DNA of 63,261 bases, the filler included, from Squatina squatina (lineage: Eukaryota): the NCBI GenBank assembly GCA_031763465.1. It is 4 parts of 4 records of this genome, joined end to end, with 100 filler letters (N's around TTAATTAATTAA, not from the genome) between each part and the next. Parts side by side here need not be neighbours in the genome. Positions count along the whole stretch, not along the records: positions 1 to 17,243 come from JARFOE010000013.1; 3 more parts are not named here. One strand, written 5' to 3'. The position numbers and the translations under genes were made by a program. Under the pieces are notes generated by a model. It saw only the letters and a list, made by a program, of their open reading frames with translations, did no database searches and was not told the DNA's origin. Shown piece after piece: positions 1-13,515 of the stretch. Each line of letters opens with the position of its first letter. Within the stretch, counting starts at the first letter, position 1.

Positions 1-868
1 TGAAAGTGATTCAAGAGAAAACATTTTAGAATATTTTCACATCACAATGAATGACATGCACAACAGAATAACTAAAATTAGGACTGGCCTCCTGTACTCA
101 CTCAGTTCTGGTTTCCTGATCATCAATATAAGAATGGCACATTGCACTGAATCGAGACACAAAGAAGTCATAGCGCCTGTGATATGAAGCAGTGTCTTCC
201 TCGATGTTTGCAAACTTGACAAACTAGGGTAGACACATAAAATACTTATTAGGATAGGAACATGCACGGGTTCCGAAGATAGAATTTTCAGCTAAAGTAT
301 TCCAGGGCGCTGTTGATTGCCCAGACAACCTGGATCATTGATGGGATCTGGAAGGGGAGTACTGTCATTTGGCATTGGGATTCTTATAATTCAGCTCTGG
401 ATAACCTCACAAACCAATGCTCTAAAGGGTAGGGTGCTTCTTGGGAATGGGAATCATTAATACCCTGTGCTGGCAATATGTATGGTCCTAACGGATTAAA
501 CTTCAGCTTTACCCAGTCACATAGTTGGGCACCCCCAAAGTATGGCTCTGTCCAATCGGTGCCTAAGTTCTCTAGGCATTGGGAGTACATTTGAAAGCAG
601 GCAGGCATCTGGTGGATTAAAAAATGCAGCACTTGAATAATAAAAATGGAGGACACAACCTTCATAGAACCCTGTAAAATATGAATACTTAAAACTAATT
701 TTACATCATACTATCTAATACTTGCACCTGTTGCTTTTTCCTTTAAATCTATTTTGTTTCCCCAAGAAAAGCACAAAATTTAAATCAAAACTCTCGTTAT
801 AATCAAAATAAACATTGTACGGAAATTTCCAGTCAGAGTTGTGAAAGAATGGAACAGAAATAATTCAA

Positions 869-1439
869 TGGACCTGAATTTGCGGTGGGCGACTTCCCAC
901 GGGCGGATGCCTCCGACCAATAAAAAAATCTCCGAACTTACTTTCTGACTCGGGATCCACGGAGACTTGCGTTTCTGGGCCTCTGTGCAGACATGCAGAG
1001 AGACCCACATATCCCGGGGCGCATGCAGTTTGCAAGCACCCCTGGGATCACGTGAACTGGCCCAACCAATGAAAGGGAATCCCTATTCATGCTTATGGGA
1101 TTTGGTACACCCATAGCATGAATAGGGATCACATAAAAAACATTTAACATAATAAATAGATTTTAAAAATTACACATTTAAAATTAATTGTAATACAAAA
1201 AGTGTAATTTTGACAAATAAATTGAAATGTTTTAAAAGGACTAAAATAACCTTACTTTACTGTATATGTGTTTTAATGTTTAAATGAATGGAATTTTTTT
1301 TTTTAAGTTCTTACCAGGCAAAAGAATTTCACGGGTATTCGCTAGGCAGAAGTTGGGCAAATATCCCAACATTCTGTCCCGGATGCCCTTTTCCCAGGGA
1401 TGCAGATGATCTGTCAAGAGAATTCTTGACAGATCGCAA
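869..1439 (+). mobile_element. Non-autonomous Harbinger-like element (hairpin-chain family), truncated by gap
   Basis: Starts ggacctgaatttgc, similar to termini near 43738 and 49630. Internal hairpins at 1079-1129 and 1408-1435. The segment ~1345-1438 is homologous to ~24121-24215. Confidence 0.6.
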
Positions 1440-2520
1440 NNNNNNNNNNNNNNNNNNNNNNNNNNNNNNNNNNNNNNNNNNNNNNNNNNNNNNNNNNNNN
1501 NNNNNNNNNNNNNNNNNNNNNNNNNNNNNNNNNNNNNNNAACTTATTACATCTCCTACAGAAACATAGTCTAGATTTATATAATAAAACAAAGTGCAGTA
1601 TAAATATAATGTACATTATTCTAACTTACCACAGGACAGCAAGGGTCTTGGTTCCCACCCAGTGTTAAACCTGTAGACTTGTTCAGGTTCAGCTCTTGGT
1701 ACCTGAATATACCTTCGCATCCTGTATACTCTGTAGCTTCAGACTTAAGACTTAGATTTCACTGCACCTACAGAATTGTATACCCATAGTCAGACAGATG
1801 ATCTTTGGACTCTGTTTACAGTAACTCTAGATGAGTTTATATCAGAGAAATAACCTTCCAATCAGCAACAAGTATGGTCACTGGCTATACAAACAGGATG
1901 TCAAAACTGGGATACAAGACCTCAAATTACAATGGTGATTATCGCTTATGTTAAAATGCTCCACTTTCAGAACCAGAGAGATACTGGTCATGTGAGTCCA
2001 GAATTACACAAACTGAAAATTTATTTGAAAAAAATGTTTCCCCAGCTCAGAAAATGCATGAGAGATATTTAATTATCTGTTCACCAAATGCTGGAGTTTA
2101 GATTTTCAATTTAGCAGATTTTGAATTGGCCAATTCTTATAGCCTCAGCCACCTTGGAGGTCAAGTACCAGCAATGTTGTTATCCTGAACAACCATAGTA
2201 AACAACTCAACATTTCACAATTGCTGATAGGATTTGAAGGATTAAACTGAANNNNNNNNNNNNNNNNNNNNNNNNNNNNNNNNNNNNNNNNNNNNNNNNN
2301 NNNNNNNNNNNNNNNNNNNNNNNNNNNNNNNNNNNNNNNNNNNNNNNNNNNTAATAGGGTTTGTATCCTAATTTTTGATATGCAGAACAATACAGACTGA
2401 AAATTAATTACAAACCTTAGTTTTTCAACTATTTACAGATAATTCTGTGCAACTCATATAATGTGATAATGTGGAATTTATTATTGTTCAAGACCAAGAC
2501 CAATTCAACACCTTGCCAGA

Positions 2521-2800
2521 AAGCAAAACAATCCAGATGCTGCAAACCTGAAACAAAAACCAGAAATGCTGGAAACACACAGAAAGGAAGGTAGCATCTG
2601 CGGAGAGAACAGGATAACTCAATATTTCAGTACCCTTTTGACAAAGGATCCATACCTGTAACATTGACCTGTCTCCACAGATGTTGCCTGCCTTTCTGTG
2701 TGTTTCCAGCATTTCTATTTTTGTTGCAGTTATTTTAATGCCTGTTCCCTCCACAGAAGCTGTTGACCTGCTGAGTGTACCAGCATTTTCTGTTTCTGTT
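2521..2800. mobile_element. Penelope-type terminal repeat fragments in inverted (fold-back) arrangement plus a third partial copy
   Basis: agaaatgctggaaacacacagaaagg (2562-2587) is the exact reverse complement of 2691-2716. Same family as 20761-20912 and 43970-44065. Confidence 0.6.
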
Positions 2801-4267
2801 CAAAGTGTTTTTGAAATAAAATTAGCACTGAAATAACTATAGTTTTCATTGATGTGTGAATAATTTCAGTAATTAGCTGCCATTAATAGAACATCACAGC
2901 AAACAACACACACTTTTCTAAAATGTATCTTTGAGGTCACGGCATGATAACAGAATTCATGGATGCGATTTCACAATAAAATATGTATCATACTACCATA
3001 TTTCTCAGAGCAAGAAATTTATTGGCAGAAGTTAACAAAGCGTGGTCTACAAAACTCAAACAGGGTCTGTTTATCTACGAGTCGCAGCTTCCCCCATCCA
3101 TTTTCTCCAGGCTTCATTGTGATTTGGACCATGAAAAATCCTCTGTGCACTCCAATTATCTCAGAGCCACAGACTGCAGACTATTTTATTTTGTATGGAT
3201 ACCAATACTTGAGTCTGGAATAAATCTTTAAATCTTTCTCCCTTTAGCAGAATTTATCAAATGGTTATCAAAAAGCAGGAAATATTTTGTAAAATTATCA
3301 GACCATTATCATTATTTTCAAACCACTAGAAACATGAAAAGTTACATATATTTTGTGATTATCAGTAGAGTATAAATGAGAATGATTTGATTTCTGTGTG
3401 AAGGAAATGAAAAGCCCTACAACATTTTGCAATCAAAGGAGACTGTTAGAGATTCAAAGCATAGGTGTGCTCAAAATGTATCAAACAAAGGTGTCAGCCT
3501 NNNNNNNNNNNNNNNNNNNNNNNNNNNNNNNNNNNNNNNNNNNNNNNNNNNNNNNNNNNNNNNNNNNNNNNNNNNNNNNNNNNNNNNNNNNNNNNNNNNN
3601 CCTGGAACGAATTTTAAAAAAAAAATTATTCTAGGATAAATCTATGTATGGGAATCAGAGACAATTCAATAGATTACAGTGAATCTGTATTAGAGTGGTG
3701 TTAATAAACTTCCCCAAAAGAAAATTGTGAATGAGTATATTCATTATTATATATTTGTAGCTTTCAGTAATTTACTATTATGCAGAAATAATTATTCTGA
3801 TATCTTAACAATCTCTCACTCCCAAAATAATGCAATAAAATGCTGGGCACACCACACGTTTTGTTGCAAAGATATGGAATGTAATTAAGATGAATGCTGT
3901 GAAGTTTACTGAACAGAATCGGGCTGTCAATGGAGAAATATGAATATAGTAAACTTAGATCAATTGTTGCATATGTCAGAGTAGTGACGCATTTAGCCTG
4001 ACTTAAGACTAAACTAAGATAAGGGAACTGTCAGTGTAGTGTCACATGGAAAGCAAAACTGCTATTGATTTTTCACGTGGTTGTATATGCAGCTAGTGCT
4101 CAGGGGCCTTCAAAGAGATTTCTAGGTCTGCAGCTGCCTCCATACTGTCAAATTTTATTTTATATACNNNNNNNNNNNNNNNNNNNNNNNNNNNNNNNNN
4201 NNNNNNNNNNNNNNNNNNNNNNNNNNNNNNNNNNNNNNNNNNNNNNNNNNNNNNNNNNNNNNNNNNN

Positions 4268-4527
4268 GGTGTTGTCACCGCCAGTTTTAAGGCTCATCAA
4301 CCTTATCAAATTTCCCAGCGGGCGGCCATTTTGGGCATTGCGCCTCATTGAGGGCCTGTAACGCTGAATGTTGAGTTTTTAGCCGTAAAGCTTTAACGCC
4401 CATTTAGCACCAGCATTAAGGGGGGACGAATTTCCACCATTAAATTTAGCAGCCAAAATCACGTAAAGCCGTTAACGCTGATTTAATGCTAGTTAATGCT
4501 GAATAAAAAGGACGAATTGGGTGCCCC
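4268..4527. mobile_element. Harbinger-like MITE end(s)
   Basis: CpG-rich, with gcggccatttt motif; two successive terminus-like motifs, gacgaatttccacc and gacgaattgggtgccc. Confidence 0.4.
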
Positions 4528-4577
4528 AAATGTCTAGCCTTTGGTTTAAAATATATGCAGATGACTGCTAACTTCCA

Positions 4578-4674
4578 CAGCCTGGATTATTTGCTCAAGT
4601 GTCTAGAGCGGGGCTTAAACCCACAACCTTCATAAATCAGAGGCAAGAGTGCTACTACTGAGCTAAGATTGACA
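4578..4674 (-). mobile_element. tRNA-derived SINE head (SacSINE1/DeuSINE-like)
   Basis: Minus strand reads tgtcaatctTAGCTCAGTAGTAGcactcttgcctctg...gtgGGTTTAAGCCCC...cttgagcaaataatccaggctg, i.e. degenerate A and B boxes. Confidence 0.7.
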
Positions 4675-7600
4675 TCAGACTTTCTATTAAAAAGAAATAC
4701 ATAATGTATTCTGTACTATAATTGCTACTTTCTGTGCTACAGAAGATCAGATGCATTAAAATATTTTTGCAGAATCTTGAAATTTTATTTTGAAAAACAC
4801 CAAAAAACAGTTCTTTAATTTTGGTCTCTCACTTAACTATATTTACTGCCAGGCCAATCAAATATGCTACCACTCTTCATAACCAATTTCACACTAACTA
4901 TTCAATTATTTATTTATTGTCAATTTGAACATTAAAATGTTCAGTTCCACGCCGCTTACAGTTTATTATTGGTGTTAGTAGGTTTTACTACACATAAGCC
5001 TCTTAGCCTATCGCACCTTCACTTTACCTGCCCATTATCTCAGCTTGCTATGATACTTAGAGCAACTGCTGCTCCAGAACATCTGAAATGCTTGGAAAGG
5101 AATACTATCGATCACGGGATAGTCAGGATAAATTATATTTTTTAAGTTTGACTGATCCTCAAAGGAGACTATTATTTAAAAGCACTTTATAGAACATTCT
5201 CAAGGTAAATGCTATAAATGTAAATTTCTAAGAGGCTTCCCTTTTCAAAGTAATCCATTACTTTTTTGCGACTGAGAATTTAGTTCAGTGATAATCTTAA
5301 ATCACTTGTCAAAAATAAATTCATAAAGGTTTAAGCAGAATTATAAATTCTATCCACGTATAGTGCTCATATCACTCAACAGAAAAATAATTTCTATGCC
5401 TGTGAGTGTGAATTACATTCCTACTGCCCAGTGATGTGATTGTTCACTGAAGTAAAATTAAATTGCTAATTCACTGAAGTGAATAACATCACTTAACAGT
5501 CAATTTCAGGAGATATTTAAAAAGCCAGAATGAATTGTGCCATAGAATAAATGGAACATCACCTCATGGTAATAGAAGTATACATCTGGAAGTAAAATGA
5601 TGAAAGATTCCAACTCATTCTGGGGCCAAAATAACAGCAATTTACCCCACTGCAAGTGCACCTCCTGTCAGCCAGTCCTCAAGCACTATTGATGGCAAAT
5701 ATTGGAAAAGGCTGCAGTTCACTCTGTTCCTCCTTTACAGCTGAAGGTAGCTGCACGGTGATGAGTATCTCCTGCAGGGCGATAAAGGGGATGAAACAGG
5801 GATAAAAAAAAATTGATTAGTTGAAAAACAATTTTGTAATTACACATACGTTTTACAATAGCGCAGGATGTGNNNNNNNNNNNNNNNNNNNNNNNNNNNN
5901 NNNNNNNNNNNNNNNNNNNNNNNNNNNNNNNNNNNNNNNNNNNNNNNNNNNNNNNNNNNNNNNNNNNNNNNNCTGTACTTGTGCTCTTTGTATTTAAGTT
6001 ACAACCACAGGGTTGTAACAGATAATAACAGATTAAGATCTGAGAAACAGTTTAGAAACCAAAAGCAAAAGCAAAAGGGCACAGCACAGCAGGAGCTTCT
6101 CCGGTTAGCTTATGGTACTAAAGCAAGGTGATTTATTTATTATATTTTGGGAGGTGCAAATTCTTCAAGTGTAGAGATCCTAGGGACCTCTGCAAGTGCT
6201 TGCTTGGCCCATTGAAAAGAGAATATGCATGTACATGTGAAGATCATTCCGCTGCCTTCTTTCTTACTCTGTCAATTGCATCAACAGGGAAATGTTCTAA
6301 AAATTTAATTCTGGTTCAACTCCAGTCAAAGCTATAAAATATCTGCTGCAAAGCTGTTGCACTCGCTGGCAGTTTCTTTAATCCTGTTGCTTCAGAACAG
6401 AGGTTCNNNNNNNNNNCACAGAACTGAGACACATTTAACAATTCAACATTTGGAGAATTTATGATCTCGGTTTAACTCAGCTTTGTGTTGCTCCTCCATG
6501 CAGCACGAACTTGGCCAATAAGTCTTGACAACCAATATTTCTTATGTCAAAATGGTTAGTATGTGGAGGTGGTAAACCAGATACCATTATAAATAATCAA
6601 CCAGTGCTCGACAGTTCTGCCTAGTCTGTGAATCAGCACATAACAGTAAAGCAGTGTTTAAACTGTTCTGAGTAAGCCCTGATTTTGGAAAAAAAAACTA
6701 TATAATTTTGTTATCCAGGTAGTACATTACAATTATATCTAAGTGCAGATATTATTCATCCATTGGCGAGCTGTAATTATTCTGCAGGATCAGTTGCAGT
6801 ATAATGCTAATCTCCTTGGGATGTTGTTCCTGAGTGACTGTTGTTTACTTCTTTATTTCCTGATAGTTACAATACTTGCTGGGGCAAACTGTGATGTTGC
6901 TTGCTGCACTATCTTTGTAATGCTGCAACAGGGATCTATTTCAGGGCATAATAGAGATAATGGCATTAGCATTTAATGTCTTTTCATATAACCAGTGTCA
7001 AATCTATTTAAAACAGTTTCTCTACAGCAACTCCTTACTAAGGTATTGTGTGCATGAGTCTAAAAATTACTGTTGCCAATATTGCCAAAATGTTAACATT
7101 ACTCTATCTGCTATTTAATGCAGCCATTATCTGCTTACAGTATAACTCTAACTGTAATACAAAAGGCTGTGTTTCACTCAGTAGCGTTACTTTGTGTGGT
7201 TCATATGAAGGCTCTATTTTTCCACCTAAAGGTTAATCACGCTCGAGTGAAGAAACAAAATCATAGGTGAAATTATAACAAAGTACTAATGCTATATCTA
7301 TTAAACTGGTGATACTTCTGTCTACTTGCTTTTAATCCATTAACACAACTAATAAGGTGAAAGGAGGCAGCCAGTCAAGCAGTTGGCTTGTCCTTTGGTG
7401 AAATATATTTTACTGTTTGAGATGTTCTTGCCAATTTCACTGGCCATAGAAATAATATGACATGTTTGACAACACACAGAACAGACTGCAGGTTACAAAG
7501 TGAGATAAGAATGATAACCCATCGTTCCCCATTTGAGCTATTTGCTTGAAACTGATACCATTTTCTNNNNNNNNNNNNNNNNNNNNNNNNNNNNNNNNNN

Positions 7601-8861
7601 NNNNNNNNNNNNNNNNNNNNNNNNNNNNNNNNNNNNNNNNNNNNNNNNNNNNNNNNNNNNNNNNNNTTTATTTCAGATTTCCAGCATCTGCAATGTTTTG
7701 CTTTTGTCTTTTTAACCATTTTGCTTTCAGCATCTTACAGAGAGATTAGCTCAAGGGTTAAACCATTTCAATCCAATTACACTGGTTATCAAAGCATGCA
7801 AGGAGTGAAAACACCAATAAATTTGGTCGGTCAGCACCAGGATCATTGGAGATGGACCTGACGGTGAGAGTTATTCTTGAAAATGTAACTAAAAGCTATC
7901 AGACTTGTATAAACATTCTCAGAGCCAGTGTCACCTTGTTGCCCTTGTGGTTGATTGATAAACCCTAGCTACTGTGCAGTGAATGTTGAAAAGGCCGAGA
8001 ATGACAGCCTGATGCCAACAGCTTTCAGATATTTTAAGCAGTGTGAAAACAGATTACCAGGCAACATCAAATTGAGACTTTTGTGGGTTACTTTTTAATC
8101 CTTCCACTGGCATAGGCCTAGATTTCATATTTCTAAAAATATTTTCTTCTGAAAACATTAACTTATAGCTTGGCTCACACTAACATCTTCTCAGTTTTGT
8201 GACGTCCATTCACTTGTGTCATTCCATGCATGAGTTGCATGCAAAATAGATGGACTTCTGCAAAAATTGACAATAGATGACATCTGGTTATTAACTGACA
8301 AATGATCTAATCAAGTGGTTTTAGGTTTCAACATGTTTCTGTATTGGTAGTCAGAGCCAGATGAATATTCAGATTATGATTCAGGTTTCAATCCTTCGCC
8401 ACACAAACTGTAGCACGCATTCTAGATTTTGCTTTTGAGCCAATTCATGCTTGATGAAAAACTGGTAATCACACTTACCTCAAATGCAGATGGTGGATCC
8501 AGTCAGTCTAAATGAGAAGCTATCACTTTGTTGGATAAACATGCACCTTGCATGCACTGCCTTCCCTGCAGACATCAGGAGAGGCAGCACTGGTGGGATG
8601 ACTTAATTCATCAAAAATCCCACCAATTCTACCTCCACTGCCCCCCCAGTGCTAAATACCCCTGCATGATTCAGGCATGCTAGTATGCCAGGATAAGATC
8701 CTTGCAGACGTGGGACCAATGAATGAAACAAATGCGTCTTTCCTAATGGCAGTCAATTGCAGAGTGATCAATTGCCATTGGGAATATTTTAAATATTTTA
8801 AAAATATTTTGACCCATCTTTGGCCAGGTGACCTGCTCTGAAACATAGTGGTTAGGTGGCG

Positions 8862-8957
8862 TGCTGAAATTCCTGGTTCAGCAATGCCTAAATGTTGTGG
8901 GGACACATCCTCCCCATGCAAAGTTGTGCGAGTTTGGGGTCCAGGAATTTCAAGCCC
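8862..8957. mobile_element. Small MITE with terminal inverted repeats
   Basis: gctgaaattcctgg ... ccaggaatttcaagc form imperfect TIRs around a ~70 bp core. Confidence 0.55.
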
Positions 8958-9162
8958 TACTAGTGTGCCCCACAACAATTAGTGCAAAGACATTCTGGAT
9001 CTGGAATTCTATGGTCTTTCTGGCACACTCCCACTACAACTCCAGCAGGAGTGAAACAGAAGNNNNNNNNNNNNNNNNNNNNNNNNNNNNNNNNNNNNNN
9101 NNNNNNNNNNNNNNNNNNNNNNNNNNNNNNNNNNNNNNNNNNNNNNNNNNNNNNNNNNNNNN

Positions 9163-9480
9163 AATCTGACTCAGGCTGTTGGAATGAACGTCTCCTCCAT
9201 CTGATGCTGTAAGGCCCTATATGAAATAAGTTTGGGCAGTTTCAACCCTGTGCCCGATGAGCAACAGTCTACAGCAGAAAATTGCACTGAGTTTGGCAGG
9301 TAATTGAAATTCAGGAAAGTCATGGGATGGCGAATGTGGGAAAAGGAAAATGCCTCCTTGAGTATGGTGTGAAGGCAGAGTTGAGGAAGCTTTATTTTGT
9401 ATCCACCCATGCTGTACCTGACCTGGGAATGCTTGAGGGACTGGATGCCTAAAATGCAAGTACTCCATCGACCAGGATTA
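9163..9480 (+). mobile_element. LF-SINE-like element (degenerate)
   Basis: Ordered motifs ccatctgatgctg, cctatatgaaataagtttgg and ggaagcttt...cccatgctgtacctg resemble the recalled LF-SINE consensus. Confidence 0.55.
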
Positions 9481-11978
9481 ACATTCCTTACCTTGATGAG
9501 CTCAAAACAAGTTGCAGACTTTTAAAAACCAAGCTTAATGCCACCTAACCATTTCCTTTTGTTTTCATTTGTATTCTTTTCAATCTTTGTCTGTGCTCTC
9601 TGAGTTTTATGCTCTTTATCTAGGATTCACAACAATTTAAAAACAAACTAAATACGCATTGTAAATCAACTTGCCAAACACCGAGGAGCCTGCTGTTTGG
9701 ATCAGCTCCTCGTTCAGAATTTCAAACTCTCCAGTAGCTGGAAGGGGAGAGGAGAGCAGAGCGCAGCCTGTGCCAGCGTGTCTTTGTGTCGCTCACTGTA
9801 GCATCTTCAGCCTAGCAACCCCTTTTGAGTCATTAAATTGTTTTCTACATTCTTCTATATCCCTGGATATCAGAGATATTTTATTGGCACTTTTTCACTT
9901 CTGCCAGGTCTTTCAATGCTCTAAAAATATAAGATCCATTGTTGACGCTCCCATAAAATGTAGTTGACATTTTACAACCTTTGTGACTAAAACTTTGAGC
10001 TCTGGTTTGCGAAAGCGTGGTTTCTTTGTCTGTTGTCAATGCCTTTTTTACTGTAGCCATAACAGAAACCTGACCATCACTTGTTAAAAGAGGTCAAATA
10101 ATTCACTTCTTGTTGTTGAAGTGATAAATCATCATTATTTCACCTAACTCAGTGTTTTATTGCCACCGAACGTAACCCACCATGTAGGAATATGGATGAT
10201 ATTGAACCTACAACACAGAGATAAATGCTTATTATTTGCATAGGGTTTCCCTCAAAAGTTTTTGATGACTTCTATCCATTTCAAATCCTCAGAGAGGTAA
10301 TGCATTTAATTTAATGTTCATTTCTGCCAAATGTATTTTAGCTTGTTTTTATATTTATCATGATTGCAAAAGCAACACAGAATAAGTGGATGAACCAATA
10401 TATCTGAAATTTATTTTGCAAATTTATTTCCACTGAGAAACAGTACAGCATTTTAATTACTGTCAAAATATTCCAAAAAAACACAGCACCTAAAAATGCT
10501 TATTGAAAATAGAAAGCAAACAGCTTCACCAAAGAAAGAAACCCCAGGAGAAAAAGCCAGAAGCATATTACTAAATTTTACTTGCAATCAATCATCTTGA
10601 GCACACACAAAAATTCCACCATATTGCTAAATAGAAAAACTGATTCTTTTGTTTCCCTTTTCAGCTCCCTGTTAGAAGCAGTTAGTAATTAGAGTATGAT
10701 TTGTTATTGGTAATAAATCACTGAACTAGGTCAAAAAAGAATCTGTCTTTTTCTCTCTCCCATCTCCCNNNNNNNNNNNNNNNNNNNNNNNNNNNNNNNN
10801 NNNNNNNNNNNNNNNNNNNNNNNNNNNNNNNNNNNNNNNNNNNNNNNNNNNNNNNNNNNNNNNNNNNNTGTTAAAATTTTATATATGCATATGGAATTGG
10901 GGGAAATAAAACAAATCCTGATCCAACAAATGATCTTTCTATGATTATCTGTCGGATCAGATTTTGCATGGAGCAGTCAGTTGCCGTAGCAATTATCCTG
11001 CATGCTGGAACTGATTCTGAATCTAGGTAAATAAACATCAAATACTAGTGATCTTTTCATTTTGTGCTCATCCATGTGAAAAAAAGATTTATGCATATAT
11101 ATGAAAAATAAAAATAATTTAGTTTCTAAATTAAGACAAACAATAAAGTTGATGGTGGGCATTTTTACCTTGATTTTAATCACACTGTGGTCTGTTTCAA
11201 TACTTGGTTTCAAATTGTGCCAAACAGTCCTAATTTGCACTAGATACCCATGATATACACTCTTTTGATAATGCTGAATTACCCAGTGAGAAGTTGGGCC
11301 TGTGGGTCTCAGGGGTTATACAGAGCTTTCTTCAATATAGCTTTCTTGGAAATAAAAGCTAGATTAAGCTGCCAGCTCTGGATTACCAAAACAACACTTC
11401 AAATATATATTCCCTCTTTTCTGCAGACCAGACAGCCAAGTGACTCCCCAAGGCACTGCCTTAATTTAATTTTGTGTTCTATCTTTGATCCTTATTCTCA
11501 AATGCACTGCTGAATTTAATGAAGAACCACTTTCAAACTGCTCAGCTGACAACCATCTTGCCTAAATACTAAGCCCCTACTTTCAAAACTGAATTTTTTC
11601 AAACAAACCTTGTTTAGTGCAGTGCTCTGTAAATTCCCTTGGGTTACTTTTCAATGCTGTAGAAAGCAGATAAGAATCTACCTAAAAAGTTCAAAATGCC
11701 TTGATCTTCCATTACTGGGAAAAAAACATTGGCGATCCCCACTTAATAATGTCAGTGGGATATTTGTTTAGTTTAAAAACATTTATAAATATTAAAATTA
11801 TTTAGTATGTATCTCTGATATATAATCAAAGTAGATCAGGTATTTCATGTTTTATGATTATATTCACGCAGACCAGACAATTACAGAAAAAAAATTGAGT
11901 TCCTTTAATTTCATTCACTATCTGTCTTTCACCTTTTAAAGTTTATGCAAAATCAAAATATACAAACTCCAGCTAGGT

Positions 11979-12185
11979 GCACAGACACATATGCATACAC
12001 AGACACACATGCACAAATGGGCACACATGCACACAGAGACACACATGCACAAATGGACACACATGCACATACAGATACAATTACAAACAAGGGCACACAG
12101 ACACACATGCACCCACAGACATATCTGCACACACAGATTCATATGCATGAATGGATACATACATACACTGAAACAAGCACACATA
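11979..12185. repeat. Degenerate CA-rich simple repeat, with a ~30-bp unit cacagacacacatgcacaaatgggcacacatg repeated
   Basis: Directly visible; produces the spurious H/T- and C/V-rich ORFs in the track. Confidence 0.85.
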
Positions 12186-12971
12186 AAATTGAATGGATCT
12201 AAAACAGTTGGCTAATTTGATTTACCCACTGGATTTTTTGACAGTCTAACATCTGCAGTCGGTCTAACTGAGATTTTCATACCTCTCATTTTTATTTGGC
12301 AAGTTAGACTTATCTTTACTGTAGATAACAAAGTACTGTAAATTTTGACCAGAGTTGCTTAACAGTATGTTCTACTGTGGCATTCATTAGTAAAGACTTG
12401 TAATCTCATTCAAACAATAGTAGGCAGCTCTCCAGGAATACACATTATAAAAGCAAGATGAAATACAAATCCCAGTATTTATTCAGTGTTTAGATGATTA
12501 GAAATGAAAAGCAATATTTTTAAGGCTTAGCAATTCACTCTTATCCAGCATGGAATAACTTTGCCTAAGATCATCCTGCAGAGAAAAGGGGCTTAAGGAA
12601 GCAAGCCGTCAAATCTTAGCAAATGTGCTCAAGTGACGCCAAAAGTTTTCACATAATAGGCCCAGCAGTGTTTTACTTTCATGTGAATGTGTACATTGCT
12701 GTTGATAGTAAAGGAAGTGAAACATTGCTTAAGAGTTACTGAAGTGAAAGAGGGTCTAATCTATACAAACCAAGTAATAATTACGTCATGAGGCATCATA
12801 ACACATGCGTGTTTATTATATTTCAACAAAATCTTGATGATACTTGACAGACATTAAAAGAAGCCAAAGGGNNNNNNNNNNNNNNNNNNNNNNNNNNNNN
12901 NNNNNNNNNNNNNNNNNNNNNNNNNNNNNNNNNNNNNNNNNNNNNNNNNNNNNNNNNNNNNNNNNNNNNNN

Positions 12972-13146
12972 TATATTTAAGGCTGAGATAGATAGATTTC
13001 TAATCAGTAAGAGAATCAAGGGTTACGGGGAGAAAGCAGGAACAGGGTACTGAATTTGAATGATCAGCCATGATCCAATCGAATGGTGGAGCAGGCTCAA
13101 GGGGCAGAATGGCCTACTCCTGTTCCTACTTCTTATGGTCTTATGG
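12972..13146 (+). mobile_element. CR1/HER1-type LINE 3' end
   Basis: IFKAEIDRFL..KGIKGYG-like ORF2 tail, then tcagccatgat..gaatggtggagcaggctcaaggggcagaatggcctactcctg and (cttatggt)2. Confidence 0.85.
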
Positions 13147-13515
13147 CCTTAAAATCTTTTCAAAAAAAGACAGCATTTGAAGATTTGCTGATAAATCACT
13201 GCTTCAAAAGTATATACCCAAACCATTCCTAAAATCTCAAGTGCCTGTACATATCACCAGATCCCACAGTAAAAAGCAATTTACTTCTTCATTTTTAAAA
13301 AAAGGAGCAACTCAGAGTGGAAATGAATCAAGGTGTTGTCCTATGCAGCTCCCTGAGCATTCAGATAAGGCAAATCTCAATGCTACAGATTTTTAAATCT
13401 TGGATAAGATATTTCCTGTCATTAATTGAAGTGTAACATCAAGCAACTTATTTCATAAATTAATCCAGCAAAATGATATCTAAATTAAATGAATGCTGCC
13501 TACTGTATATTAAAT

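Noticed and set aside
384-665. Possible very old L1/Tx1 fragment (YFGGAQLCDWV resembles YYWAAQL..W)
   Set aside because: Similarity too weak to support without a search.
4578-4674. tRNA gene
   Set aside because: Degenerate boxes, no convincing cloverleaf, and it continues into a SINE body.
5645-5810. Strong minus-strand splice acceptor near 5773
   Set aside because: All three frames stop before the next good donor.
11936-12215. His/Thr- and Cys/Val-rich ORFs
   Set aside because: Translation of a CA-rich simple repeat.
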